A stretch of 64,000 bases of DNA from Prorocentrum cordatum. Its lineage: Eukaryota. Positions within the stretch are counted from its first letter, which is position 1, and each line of letters begins with the position of its first letter. A program made the position numbers and the translations under genes. Shown piece after piece: positions 13,086-24,200 of this stretch. Where the stretch lies: contig CAUYUJ010000001.1 in the NCBI GenBank assembly GCA_963575745.1, forward strand, positions 2,356,001 through 2,420,000, written 5' to 3'. Below the pieces are notes generated by a model, which saw only the letters and a list, made by a program, of their open reading frames with translations, was not told where the DNA came from and did not search any database.

Positions 13086-14514
13086 GTCGTGTCGACCCTG
13101 GCGTTGGTTCCTGACACCACGGGGATCGTTCAACCTTGAACGATCGGCCGTTTCCGAGAAGGTCAGATCGTTCAACGTCGACCGAGTCTGGGTCTCCGGC
13201 GGCGTTCAACGTTGAACGCCGGCGGCGGGATCGCCGCCAGTCGACACGACGCGAACCTACCGTAAAGATGGCCACAGGATGGCCCCACACTGCCCCGAGA
13301 TGGCTCCAAGACCGCCCAGACCTGCCCCAACGCGCTTGCCAGAGCCCCCCCTCCGAAGTTTTCGAAGCTGCCCAAGACCCCCTCCGACCAGTATGCAAGA
13401 GGCCTCTGGCAAGCCCCTGGGAGGCGTCAGCCCCCGATGTCACACGGTGCGGCACCCTGGACCATGGGGGCCACCAACTGCCACATGTTACGTGTTACGG
13501 ATTCATCTCCACTGGGGAAGCGAGTTGTTATAGATCATATGCGGCCCTCTGGGAACTGGGGAAAACAGCTATCACATGTCACGGGTTGCGGCCATCTGGG
13601 TCTGAAGAACGAGAATTCAAGGCCTTCTGGACGACTCTCGAAACGCGGCCACACAGAATGCTTCGCTGGCATAATGGCGGAACGTGCTGGAAACACCAAG
13701 ATAGACAAGCGAACGGCACCCTCGCCACCCAACCGCAAGTCATGCCGTCATGCAATGCGTTGGCGATCACTGAGGGATCTGGGATGAGAGCAACGGCGAT
13801 GGCACGTCTACACCGTAGAAAGTATTGGACACACAAAACCTACCTGTACAATCGTTTGTTGTACATGAGCCACACATTCCCAAACAACAGGCAAACGAGA
13901 ACCATGTCCTCTCCGCAGGCTCGTCGCCATCATGCAGCCGGGCTGCACACCGAACAGTCCAGCTGAAACATAACAGCATATGTAGATCCTGTTAGACATC
14001 GGGCCCTCAACCTCCAGGCTCCGGCGGGATGGCGGACAATCGCCCCTCTGGCCCAGGATTCGCCCCGCCGAGATGCTGGAATAGGTCAAGTCCCCGGCAG
14101 CAGGAACAGCACTTCGTGCAGTAGACACGTGCGGTAAGACATCCTGCTAGTAAGAGATCTTGGGCCGTACTCTTCGTGGACCTCTGAAGGTCCCATGGTG
14201 CCCCAACGGGTCCCCTGGGCAGTCAAGCGATAGGACACACCCGTTGGGCTGCTCGCAGGCCGATGTCTCATTTGACGTGGCTACTGTGTTCGCAGCTGCG
14301 CTGAGCTGTGCATCGCGGCGGAACCGCAGACAACGGCGGCCCTTTCAGCAAATGACGTTGTCGTACTTCACCTTGACACATCTACCGCCCTGGCTGCAAA
14401 CGGTATACCTGGCGGGCCCTGCTCCGCCGCCTCCCTTCCTGCTATTCCCGCCTCCCTCTACTCCTCCCTCCCTCCCTTCCTCCCTCCCTCGCTCACCTCT
14501 CGCTCTCTTACCTC

Positions 14515-14540
14515 TCTGTGTGTCTGTCTGTGTGTCTGTG

Positions 14541-14581
<41 letters not shown>

Positions 14582-14640
14582 GCCTATCTCTCACTCTGAC
14601 TGTCTGTCGGTCTGTCTCTCTCTCTCTCTCTCTCTCTACA
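14515..14640. repeat. (TGTC)n/(TC)n microsatellite
   Basis: Seen directly. Confidence 0.9.
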
Positions 14641-15969
14641 CTGTCTAACCTTCCTACTCCTCCTAGTTCAGCTCCACCTTCTCACCCCGCCCCTCGACCT
14701 CACCCTCCCACTTCTTCTCTCCTACCTGCTCCACTCTTGATGTTCCATCAGCCTCCCCTCCTCCCTCCTCCGCCTGCCTCCCCGTCTCTCCTCCTCAATC
14801 TGCCCACGCGCGCAGCATGACACGTTGCTCTATGTCCGCTCCCAGGCACGAGTCTGTCAAACAAGAACGGAGCAGGAGGAATGCCGGTGGAGCAAGGTGA
14901 CGACTTCCAGCCAGCAGGGTGGCTCGAGGTCTGCTCTCAGACCCCTGCTGCTCCTTCTGCTTGGCACAATGAGCATCAATACCACAAGCAATTTTTAACC
15001 TCTGCTTGTCGCGCATGCTCCAACGCTGTCACGACCGACCGTGGTGCGAAACTGCAATGCCAATCTACTACGCCACTGCACCGGGTAGAGAATGGCCTGA
15101 GGGGCCCACTTGTCGCACTTATCTGCAATTCAAAGATTACGTGTCCAGGGCGTGGCGCCAGACGAGACCAGGCGGAGGGCGAAGTGGATGAAGAGGAGGA
15201 CGACAGGGCTAAGAGGAACATTTCAATCGCGGTGCTGGCAAAACGAACATGTGGCCGTCACTGGCCGCTCGCTGTGCGACGGGGAGAACGACGCGCGCAC
15301 AGCGGCGGCCTGGGCCACGAGCAGACAGCATTGCCTCAGGCAAGCTGTGCAAGCGAAGCGCTGCGCGAGCAACTTTAGATTCTGACCTCCGCGCTCTGGG
15401 CTCAAGCGCGACGAAGTCTCATGCCTCAGAAGGGCCTCGAGCACGTAAAGTTTAGACGACGCGCTCGACGGCTCGGAAGGTGGCGCGCGCTCTCACTCAG
15501 AACTGGAAGGCGCTGCGGGACCGCGGCTGTCGGACTTCGACGCGCTCCCAGCCGGAGGGCGGGTCCTCCTGGAGCTCCTGGGTGAACTGCATGCGTCGTT
15601 CTCAGAGTCGCAAGTGACTGCACAAACTGAGACTTCAGGGGGTCTGCGCGGCCTTCCTGGGTCGGCGCCGGACCTCCCTGCCCACCCCCCTTGCCCGGCG
15701 CGCTCAGCGCGCCTGGGGCGGCGCTGGAGGCGCCGCCTGTAGGTGTTGGGCGGGGGGCGCGTCCAGCCCCGACCCCAAGGAAGGGAATCCACGCGGACCT
15801 CCGAAGGCGTGCGTATGCTACATTCTGCACCCAGGCATGCGATGTCCTGCAGTTTTCCATTCGGGGCCCCTGGAGGTCCCGACCCTCTCCCCAGGACCTG
15901 TTTTTCGTCCCGGGCCGGTTTCCAACGCTCCCGGGGCCCCTTCGTGGCCCCCGGAGCTCCCCAAACGGC

Positions 15970-16374
15970 TCAACAACCTCCCGTCCCGACTTTTTTCGGG
16001 ACGCGAGCATGCCCGGGCAGCTCTTCGCCGCTCCAGTCCTCCATCGCCCCCTCGGGGCGCAGCGACCCCGTCACCATGCGCACAACCCGCTTGGCCCTCT
16101 TGCCACTCGTGCCCCCCTCGGCGGCCCCGGCCTTGGCGCCGGGCTGCGCGGCGGACGCGGCGCGGTCGCGCGGCGCCTCCGAGAGCCGATCGGCGCCCTG
16201 GCCCGCGCGCGTCTCGAGCGGCCCGCGGCCGGCGCCGCTGGAGCTCGGCGCGGTGGCCGCGGACCGGGCCGCCCGGTCGGGCGGCGGGCTCTGCAGCCTG
16301 CCCTGTCGCGCGAGCTCCGCCGCCGCGGCGTCGACCCAGTCGCGGTGGCCGGCGTGCAGCTTCTGGTAGCCCTC
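15970..16374 (-). CDS. NUDT9: NUDT9-like gene, exon 2 (3' end uncertain)
   Basis: EGYQKLHAGHRDWVDAAAAEL followed by a low-complexity tail; in-frame stop at 15970, but a further splice cannot be excluded. Confidence 0.6.
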   Translation of the reverse strand, partial: EGYQKLHAGHRDWVDAAAAELARQGRLQSPPPDRAARSAATAPSSSGAGRGPLETRAGQGADRLSEAPRDRAASAAQPGAKAGAAEGGTSGKRAKRVVRMVTGSLRPEGAMEDWSGEELPGHARVPKKVGTGGC

Positions 16375-16754
16375 CTCTTTGCGTGAAGGAGAACGGGTGC
16401 CAGATTCCAGACCCTGCACCCTAACGCAGACCCAGCTTCATGGATCCTAGGCCCTGGGCCCTCCACAAGGACCAGCTCCTCATCCCGAGCAGCTCTTTGA
16501 CGGTCTCCAGGGCCAGGGGGAGAGTCCCTGGGAGCCCACCGGCGGGCAGCAGAATCAGTACCCGTTTGTGGTGGGGTGGTACGTGCCAATACCATAGCGC
16601 TAATCCGCGGACCTTTTCTGGGGTGCGTTCCGACCAACAATTCGATGATAATCCAGCCGCGGCGACGAGAGCTCTCCAGGACGAGCAGCTGTATCAATGC
16701 CTCGTCCTTCTGCTGCATTCGCCTTAGGACACGCATGCTCCATCCATGTCGGTC
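16375..16754 (-). other. Probable GA-AG intron (~380 bp)
   Basis: GAG|GACCGA...TTCTCCTTCACGCAAAGAG|GAG joins VVWLNVDPQE to EGYQKLHAGHRDWV, restoring the NUDT9 C-terminal W...LYASH-like motif. Boundaries could shift by one codon. Confidence 0.6.
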
Positions 16755-18500
16755 CTCCTGCGGGTCCACGTTCAGCCACACGACCTCCCGAACCCTGCTG
16801 CTGACCCTCGGGCCAGGCGCGGCGGGCGAGCCGCCGTCCTCAGTGAGCGCGGGCATGGCCTTCATGCCGACTGCCTTCCTGACCCTCGACGACAGGCGGC
16901 TCCTCGAGGCCAAAGAGCTCTTCTTGGAGGCGTCCTTGTGTATCTTGTCGAGGGCGCCCTGCAGGGTGCCGTCTCTCCGCGCCCCCAGGAAGACACCCCG
17001 CGCCCTCCTGCGGAGCGCCTCCGCGTCCTCGGGGGCACGGCCCTCCAGGGACAGCGCATCGCCCAGGTGCTGGTCGCAGTGGAAGTGGAAGGCCACCGTC
17101 TCGACCCAGGCGTTGTCCGTGTTCCGCGCGTCGTCCGCGTACCCCTGGTACACGACCTGGCCCGAGGAGAAGAGCCGCTCCTGGAGCCCGGCGAGACCCT
17201 CGGCGTGCCCGCCGCCCGCGAGCGCGTCGGCCTCCCGCGCGAACTCGCGCATGACGGCGGCGGGCACCAGCTCGCCCGGGTCAACCTCGCCGCCCGGGAG
17301 CCTGAACAGCCCGGCACCCGCTCGCGCCACCATGACCTGCAGGCGTCCAGTGAGCGGCTCCGTCCGCGTCACGATCGGGTCGGCGGTGTGGTTCGGCCCC
17401 CACCTCTGGAGCGCGCCGCGCCCGCGCATGCCCGTGCGCCCCAGCGGGTTGATGGGGCAGCCGGTGTCTGGCTCGAGGACGATGGCGCCCTCGAAGGTCT
17501 TCCTGCGGGCCAGCTCCGCCGCCACCCCGCGCGGGTCCGCGGGGTCCGCTCCCGCCGCCGTGGCCAGGCCGCCCTCGGAGAAGGGGGTCGGGCTGTAGGC
17601 CTCCCATGCGACGCTCCAAGGCACGCGCGCGTCGTCGACGCTCGCGCGCTCCGGGTACTGCGGCGGCCGCGAGCGCGCCTGGGTGTGCAAGTAACCTTCG
17701 GGCCGGTCCCACAGGCCGGCCACAGGGCGCGACCAGGAGTTCCGGGCGAGCTGGTCCGCCTGGCTCGGCTGGGAGTGCTGGCCCGACCGCCGCGAGGCGC
17801 GCCCCTTCAGCAGCGCCGCCCCGACCAGCGTGCCGATGCAGTCCTCGCCCGAGACGATGGAGGGTCTCGACGGCCTGCGGGAGACCGGCTCGGCCTGCAG
17901 CTCGGCGTCGGCGGGCTCCTCGAGCCGCGTGGTGGGCCACGGGGTGCCCCGTGGTCCGCGCTCAGGCAGAGGCGGGCCTTGCGGTCGCGGTGTCGCGACC
18001 GAGGCGCTGGAGGCGGAGCTGAGGCGTGAGTGCTGCGTGGTGGGCCACGGGGTGCCCCGTGGTCCGCGCTCATGCAGAGGCGGGCCTTGCGGTTGCGGGG
18101 TCGCGACCGAGGCGCCGGAGGCGGAGCTGAGGCGTGAGTGCGGAGGCGGGTCCACACAGCCGGCGTGGCTGGCGGCGTTGCCTCCGGCGGAGCTCTCCAG
18201 CGTGCGGGTCTGCTTCGACGTGACCGAGCCGCCAGAAGCTCTCGAGCGCGGAGGCGCGTCCACGAAGCCGACGTGGCGGGAGGCGTCGACTCCAGCGGCG
18301 CTCTCCAGCGTGTGGGCCTTCTTCGGGGACCCGTCCCTGCTGCTGGTGAGCAAGTTTGACAGCTGCTGGGGGCTGTCGGCCTGGTCGCCGAGCTCGTGCG
18401 TGGAGCTGCTCGCGTCATCGCGTGCCCCCGCGAGGGAGGCGGCGCAGGACCGTGTCGTCGCAGCCTCCGGCCCCCCAGCCTTGCTGCAAGAGCAGCCCAT
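16755..18500 (-). CDS. NUDT9: NUDT9-like ADP-ribose pyrophosphatase (Nudix), exon 1, with N-terminal MGCSCS acylation motif
   Basis: YPER.SVDDARVPW, PINPLGRTGMRGRGALQRWGPNHTADPIVTR, LPGGEVDPGE...REFAREA and YQGYADDARNTDNAWVET match the NUDT9/TRPM2 NUDT9-H family; ATG at 18500. Confidence 0.88.
17927..18320 (-). repeat. 108-bp (36-aa) periodic internal repeats in the N-terminal extension of the Nudix gene
   Basis: HSRLSSAS.ASVATP.PQGPPL.ERGPRGTPWPTT occurs twice and TLES.AG..A..H.G.VD.PP occurs twice, each at 108-bp spacing. Confidence 0.85.
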
Positions 18501-18914
18501 TGCGAGCGCCTGTCGCGTCGACGCGAAGAGCGTGGCCCACCTTAGGAACAGACGCTTGCCAGAACTCGGCTCGAGCAAGGATGCGGAAGCGAAGCGCGCG
18601 CCTGTAGCTGCCAGCGAAGGAACAGACCCGCCATCGTATCTTCATCACGTAGTAAGGGGCCTCGCCACTCATACACCGTGGGTGATGACAGTCTGTAGGA
18701 TGCTTGAAGGCCCCGACCCTGGTTTGCCAGGATTCGCGGCCGCGCTTTGGCGCTCCCTGGGGTGTAGCGCGTGAGCATTCTGGAGGCCAACTTTCTCATA
18801 ACTCGCCCAGTAGTCTTCAAAATGATAGCTCAAGCAGTCCTTGGAGGTCTAGAGGCCCTCGGGAGGTTCCAGGAGACCCCAGAGGAACCCGGGAGGCCCA
18901 CAAAAGACACCAAG

Positions 18915-21263
18915 ATGCAGTCGACACGTATCATAAGGATCCGCGACAAGGATGCGAAGGCCTTGGGCCACAACGAGATGATGGAGCACATCCTCAGGAT
19001 CAACCTTCTGTATGTCGGCCCGACGTATTCGGTTGTGGTGTCGTCCAGCTTTGAGGAGATGGACGCGAAGATCCAATACGATTGTTATGGTGAATGGGAA
19101 TATCTTATGCTTCAACATTATCGCAATTCTTTATATGATATCAGTGCTTGGGTGCATGATGACGAATACGATGAAAGTCTCAGTGGAGTCCTCTTTGGTA
19201 GCCGCTGCATGGGGCGACTTCTATTCTATGTCTGGGCGCTACCTCACAATGCTTGGAACAAACTGCAGCACGCTCTTCACGGTAACGGGCCGACCCAGAA
19301 GAAGACGGTGGCGAAAGTGTTGGCAAGAGTTACTCCTGCCAAAGCTCAAGCGAGAGTGTGTGCGGTCCTCGAGCTTCAGAGTGACCACAACGCCCAGCAA
19401 GTATATGATCATCTCAAGAAATTCTCGGCGGAACGGATGAAGACGATTGCAGCTTTGCCCACCACTGAGATTACCAAGGCCATCGACGCCTGGCTGAGAG
19501 AGCAGCCTATTGGTACCACAGCTTCAGCAAACAAGAACGTCGAGAAGGCCGCAACGAAGACAAATAAGAAGAAAAAGAAAAAAGAACCACAACCAGCAGG
19601 ATGGCAGATTACCTCCAAATTGGATCCTGATGATTGGGATATTCCAGTATGCAGAGGCCTGCCGACAGACGTCAACAACATGAAGGCGGTGCACCTGGTC
19701 ACAGTTGCTGAGTTGCTGGAGCTTACTAAGCTCGACAGTTTCTGGCAGAGACCTGACCCACCAGACCCCTTCGGCTTCGTGCTAGCTCAGGCGCCGTCTC
19801 AGGTGCCTAAAGATTTGTATATCATATGTGGCCAACGTGGACTTGCGTCGGCCATCAGTCTTATGCATGTACCTCTTTTTGAAAGCGATAGCAGACGCAC
19901 AATCAAGCAGTTGTATGTATGGCAATATGGTGGGAAACAAAACGAAGTTGTTGTCCCGAAAAAGAAGCCAACAAAGATCACCTACTCCCAAGATGAGCTC
20001 ATGAATGTTGCCATTCTCGAGGCCCATTGCACGGAGAAGCTCTTCAATGATCTGTACAAATTACACAAGCAAGCGACGGCATCGCGTGACCGACGTGCTG
20101 AGGGATCACCTGGACAGCGCAAGTATGAGTCACCTCCACCATGGCGTGTTCTGGACAGTGAGTTGGCGAGAATCGTTTTGGCGAAGCTCCCAGTGCAATT
20201 TCATGGTCCAGATATCGACTTGCGGGTGTGGAGTGGCAGAGTTTTCAACGAGGAGCAGCCTGGTCAGAGGATAATATCAGGTTTGTCCAAAACTACTTCA
20301 GTGAGAGCTCAAGCATTACGAGCTGAATCTGGACCAGATGGCATCATATTCCAACGATCCCGTGCAGGGGGTGTACCAAACCAAGCACTGGACGAGGAGA
20401 AAAACACAGGATTTCGTGCCCATCACACGTGGCACGACGTTGACGGATGCAATTTCTCAGACAGCAGCCCTGGAGGGAGGCCGAGGCTTGGGTTACAAAG
20501 CCAACGGCGCCCTCTTCTTTCGAGTCTGCAAAACGAAGGCGCAGGCAGCGTGGCAGGCCCTACAGGGACGTGCCCCACCTGCGCCGTCACTCTATGAGAT
20601 CTCACCTCTGCCACAGCTGGTGGAAGGAAAGCAACTGGTCAGTGAACTGTCCCAGCAACTGGGATGGGAAGCCGAATTTGTCAATCTACGAAAGAAAGGT
20701 AAAGGATCACGATCGACTCCAGTTATCCGCGTACGAGCTGCAGGGCCACCACAGGTTTCAGACTTACTCCTGGGCGATATCCAAGCTACGATCAATGCAG
20801 TCAAGAAACCAGAGGCCCCAGCACCAGTATCAAAAGAATGGGTGGATATTGTTACAACGTTTAGCCGAGCGAGCGAGCACCAGCCCAGCAAGCAGCAAGC
20901 TCCATCCTCACAGCGCAACTTACACGACCAGCACGACCAGCAGCACCAGCACGACCACAGCAACCACAAGAACAACCACCACCACCGACACCGGCGTCGT
21001 CAGCAGGCAGTGGGCTCTCAGCGGACTTCCAAAAGTTCATTACGGATGCTACTGGTGCAGCTTTGGCAGAGCAAAACAAACAAATCATGACACAGCTCCA
21101 GTTTCAGGGGCAGGGCCTTTCAAAATGCTTCACTTTACTACGTGCAGGTACTGATGTTCTCACGGAGGAGGAGAAGAAGGATGACGAGGAGCTTGAGCGC
21201 CTGGCAAAGCGACTCAAAGAGACCTCGGAGGCCGCCCCCATGCAAGTTGACCCGCCGCAATGA
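18915..21263 (+). pseudogene. LINE ORF1, frameshifted (pieces 18915-~20400, ~20400-~21000, ~21000-21263)
   Basis: Long overlapping ORFs upstream of the APE domain; basic K-rich tract; ends PMQVDPPQ* with its stop overlapping the ORF2 ATG. Confidence 0.65.
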
Positions 21264-24200
21264 TGACCTCCAGACGACTGCGAGGCAAGCAACCTGCTGG
21301 CAGGCCAGAGCCACCTCCCGCTGCGAGGATGGCTACAATAATTTCTGCAAATATTACCAGCTGGAGTACTTTCAGCGGAAGAATGTCATGTATGTCGGCA
21401 GATGTCTTGGCCTTGCAAGAGACGGGACTCAGCCTGCGAGAGCAACTTGGATGTGAAAAAGCGTGTGCAGCAGTACATTATCGAGCCAGCTTTGGGCTAC
21501 CTGTACGTGCTCAAGTTTGTCACAGGCAAAAGGCATCACGGAGTGCGCAGGGTGGAGTTGCTATTCTTACTAAACACGATGTGGTGGCTATTGATTGTGG
21601 GAAAAGATACGGTGCTGCGCCTGAACTATACCAAACTACGAGGTGGTTGAGGCAGTTGGTTCTTATTGGTGGTACTCCGATCCATATTGAATCTTTGTAT
21701 AATGAATCTGGCAATGATGTATTAATCAGGACACGCAACGACAGAAACTTCCAGTACGCTTTCGAGGATGCCGAATCGCTTGGAGATCAGGCGGTGTTTT
21801 TGTGTGTGGATTCTAATGCGACAATTAGCCAATCATCGATGCTCCCAGCTGCTCTAGCAACAGGGCGGTGGCATGATATTGGAGCTATCTATGGCAGTGA
21901 ACCGACATATGGGCAAGATCCGAATTGGGACAAGTTCTCACCTGGTACGAATGTCAGCCGTCCAGACTTGATCATTGCCAACACAGCTGCACGTGAAGCT
22001 ATTCATTCATTTCGGCTACGGCGTGATCTGGGGATCTGCTCACATCTTGGCTTGGAGCTCACCATCAATGTGACGCAACTTGAGGAGAGCTGGCAAAGAC
22101 TACGATTACCACTCGCTTATCCTATCGAGGCACCCAAGAAGATCTCCACCGAGGACAACGAGAAAATTGGGCAAGAATGTATCGAACAATATTATGAGAC
22201 ATTTGAGCGTGCGTTGGAAGATGAATTACCAAATGAAGCCTGGAAACAAGTCGGCCTCATAGGCGAGATGTTCCTGGAGAAGCGGCTTGAGCACACAGGC
22301 ATACGTTTTGATCATCGGTACCACGGACGCAGCCAGATGCCAGAAGTGATCGAGTTCTCGACGACGGCCCCCGCGAACACGAAGCGGGACCCAGCGCGTG
22401 AAGGACCGTCCACTATTCAAATGCGCAAGCTTGAGAATATCATATCCAGATTGATGGAGTTGGCAGCTCAAATCAGCAGATACATGCCTGAGTGTGGGCA
22501 TTCTACTACATCACCCACAATGCTGCAGCGTCTCAGCGCACAACGGCTCTGGGACAAAGTAAGACCACAAGTACAGCGAGCATTGCGACTCAGCCAAGAT
22601 CAGCTACCAGTGGGACTCCCACACCTTAGCAGTATCACAGGCTGGCATCAGCAACTTGAACAAAGACACGCACAGAGAGTCAAATAAAGAAAACAGGCCC
22701 GAATAGATGAATGGAGAAAGCGGCTACGACGATCACTCCGTTTTGAAAGTGGAAGAGACCTCTATTCGTGGATCAAGCAGCGGCAATATCATACTCTTCA
22801 TGCGGTGCGAGGATTTCATGACAAAAGAGTCGTCACACAGCGCGCGCAGATTCTGGAAGAGGTTGACAAATTCTGACATACTATCTTCAACAAAAATGTG
22901 CTGCATGACTGGGATGCCTTCAAAGCGCGGCTTGGCCAGCATATCGAAGCCAAGCCATGCAATATTGAGGACATCACAGGTGCACGCCTCCAGAGGCAAT
23001 TCAATAGAGCAGGTGCGCATCGTGCTGTTATGGTCGGCGTTTTGGTGAGTTGAGAATACTACCAGTATGCATATGTAACTTGTTCGCGCTCTTGCTCAAA
23101 GCCGTGGAAGATCAATGGATGAGCTGGCCGCAGGTTATGACTCTGGGTATCACAAGCTGTCTGCCAATATGGGGTCCTGAAGTTGATCATAGTGAAGAAA
23201 TCGAACCTGATGAAGTGTGGTTGGCCACAGTGGACCAGACGCGGCCCATCACCAATCTTAGCTCAATATATACTGCGCTGTCGGGTGACCGCTTTCAGCA
23301 GATGGCGGCGTGGAGAGAGGCCTGGAAGCATCCAGGCGCAGCGGGAGCCCGACAACACCATCATTATCAAGCTACTGCATGGGAACTCAATCTTGAGATC
23401 GAGCAGGCTTATCTTACACGTACGCCAATGTCTGGGTGCACGGCAGATCGCATGAAGTTCTTCGACCTCCTTGAATATGAGATTGGAGACAAGTTGATGG
23501 AGGCCCTTGGTTGTCCCACCGGCGTCCTGCGAGCATCGCAGGAGTTCTACTCCAGACTGAGGGCGCGCTGGAAAGTGGCGCAGGCAGTGGGCACCGAGAA
23601 GACGAGACGAAATGGATATGTGCAGGGCGACAGCTGGTCTTTGCAGCAAGCTCTGGCTCTAATGACGATATGGTCTAATGCGATTGAAAATGAGTGCCAC
23701 ACGAGAGTGAGCAGTTTCATTGATGACGGCAATCTTCGTGCTGCTGGACCTGACCATGCCCAGAGGACGACGAAAGCTACTCAAAATCACTGGAGTTCGA
23801 CAGCCCCAGCGGCGCGGAGACGAACCTGAGCAAGACAAAGCACTGCGCCATCACCCACAAAGCTGAGAACGAGCTCATCAAGGCTGCACAGGCCGTCGGC
23901 ATGCAGATAAAAATGACCCGGCATTTTATGCTTGTGGGAGGCGAAGTGGTTTCTATTGGTACATGTCCCACAGCCCAACGACGGATGCGCTGCAGCTCAG
24001 CATGCAGAGTTGCTAAGCGAACGGCGGGCGCACCAGTGGGCATAAGAGGCAAACAACGACTTCTTGCCACAGCTTCTTTGCCCAGGCTTGCCCCTGGTCT
24101 AAGAGTTTCGCAAATTGACGCGTTACAATTATCTAAATTACCGTAACGCTATCATGAGTGCACTATGGACCAGGGGCAGATCTTTTCGGTCACCAGCAAT

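Noticed and set aside
13400..14420. Complex-sequence block that might be a decayed element or gene
   Set aside because: No convincing motif in any frame; only an isolated VRDLG.
15391..15406. SL-like GGCTCAAG words here and near 9535-9547
   Set aside because: Too short, with no supported downstream CDS.
16071..16754. 835-aa ORF as one continuous CDS
   Set aside because: Homology switches frame after VVWLNVDPQE, which an intron explains better, and the upstream non-ATG start is unlikely versus MGCSCS.
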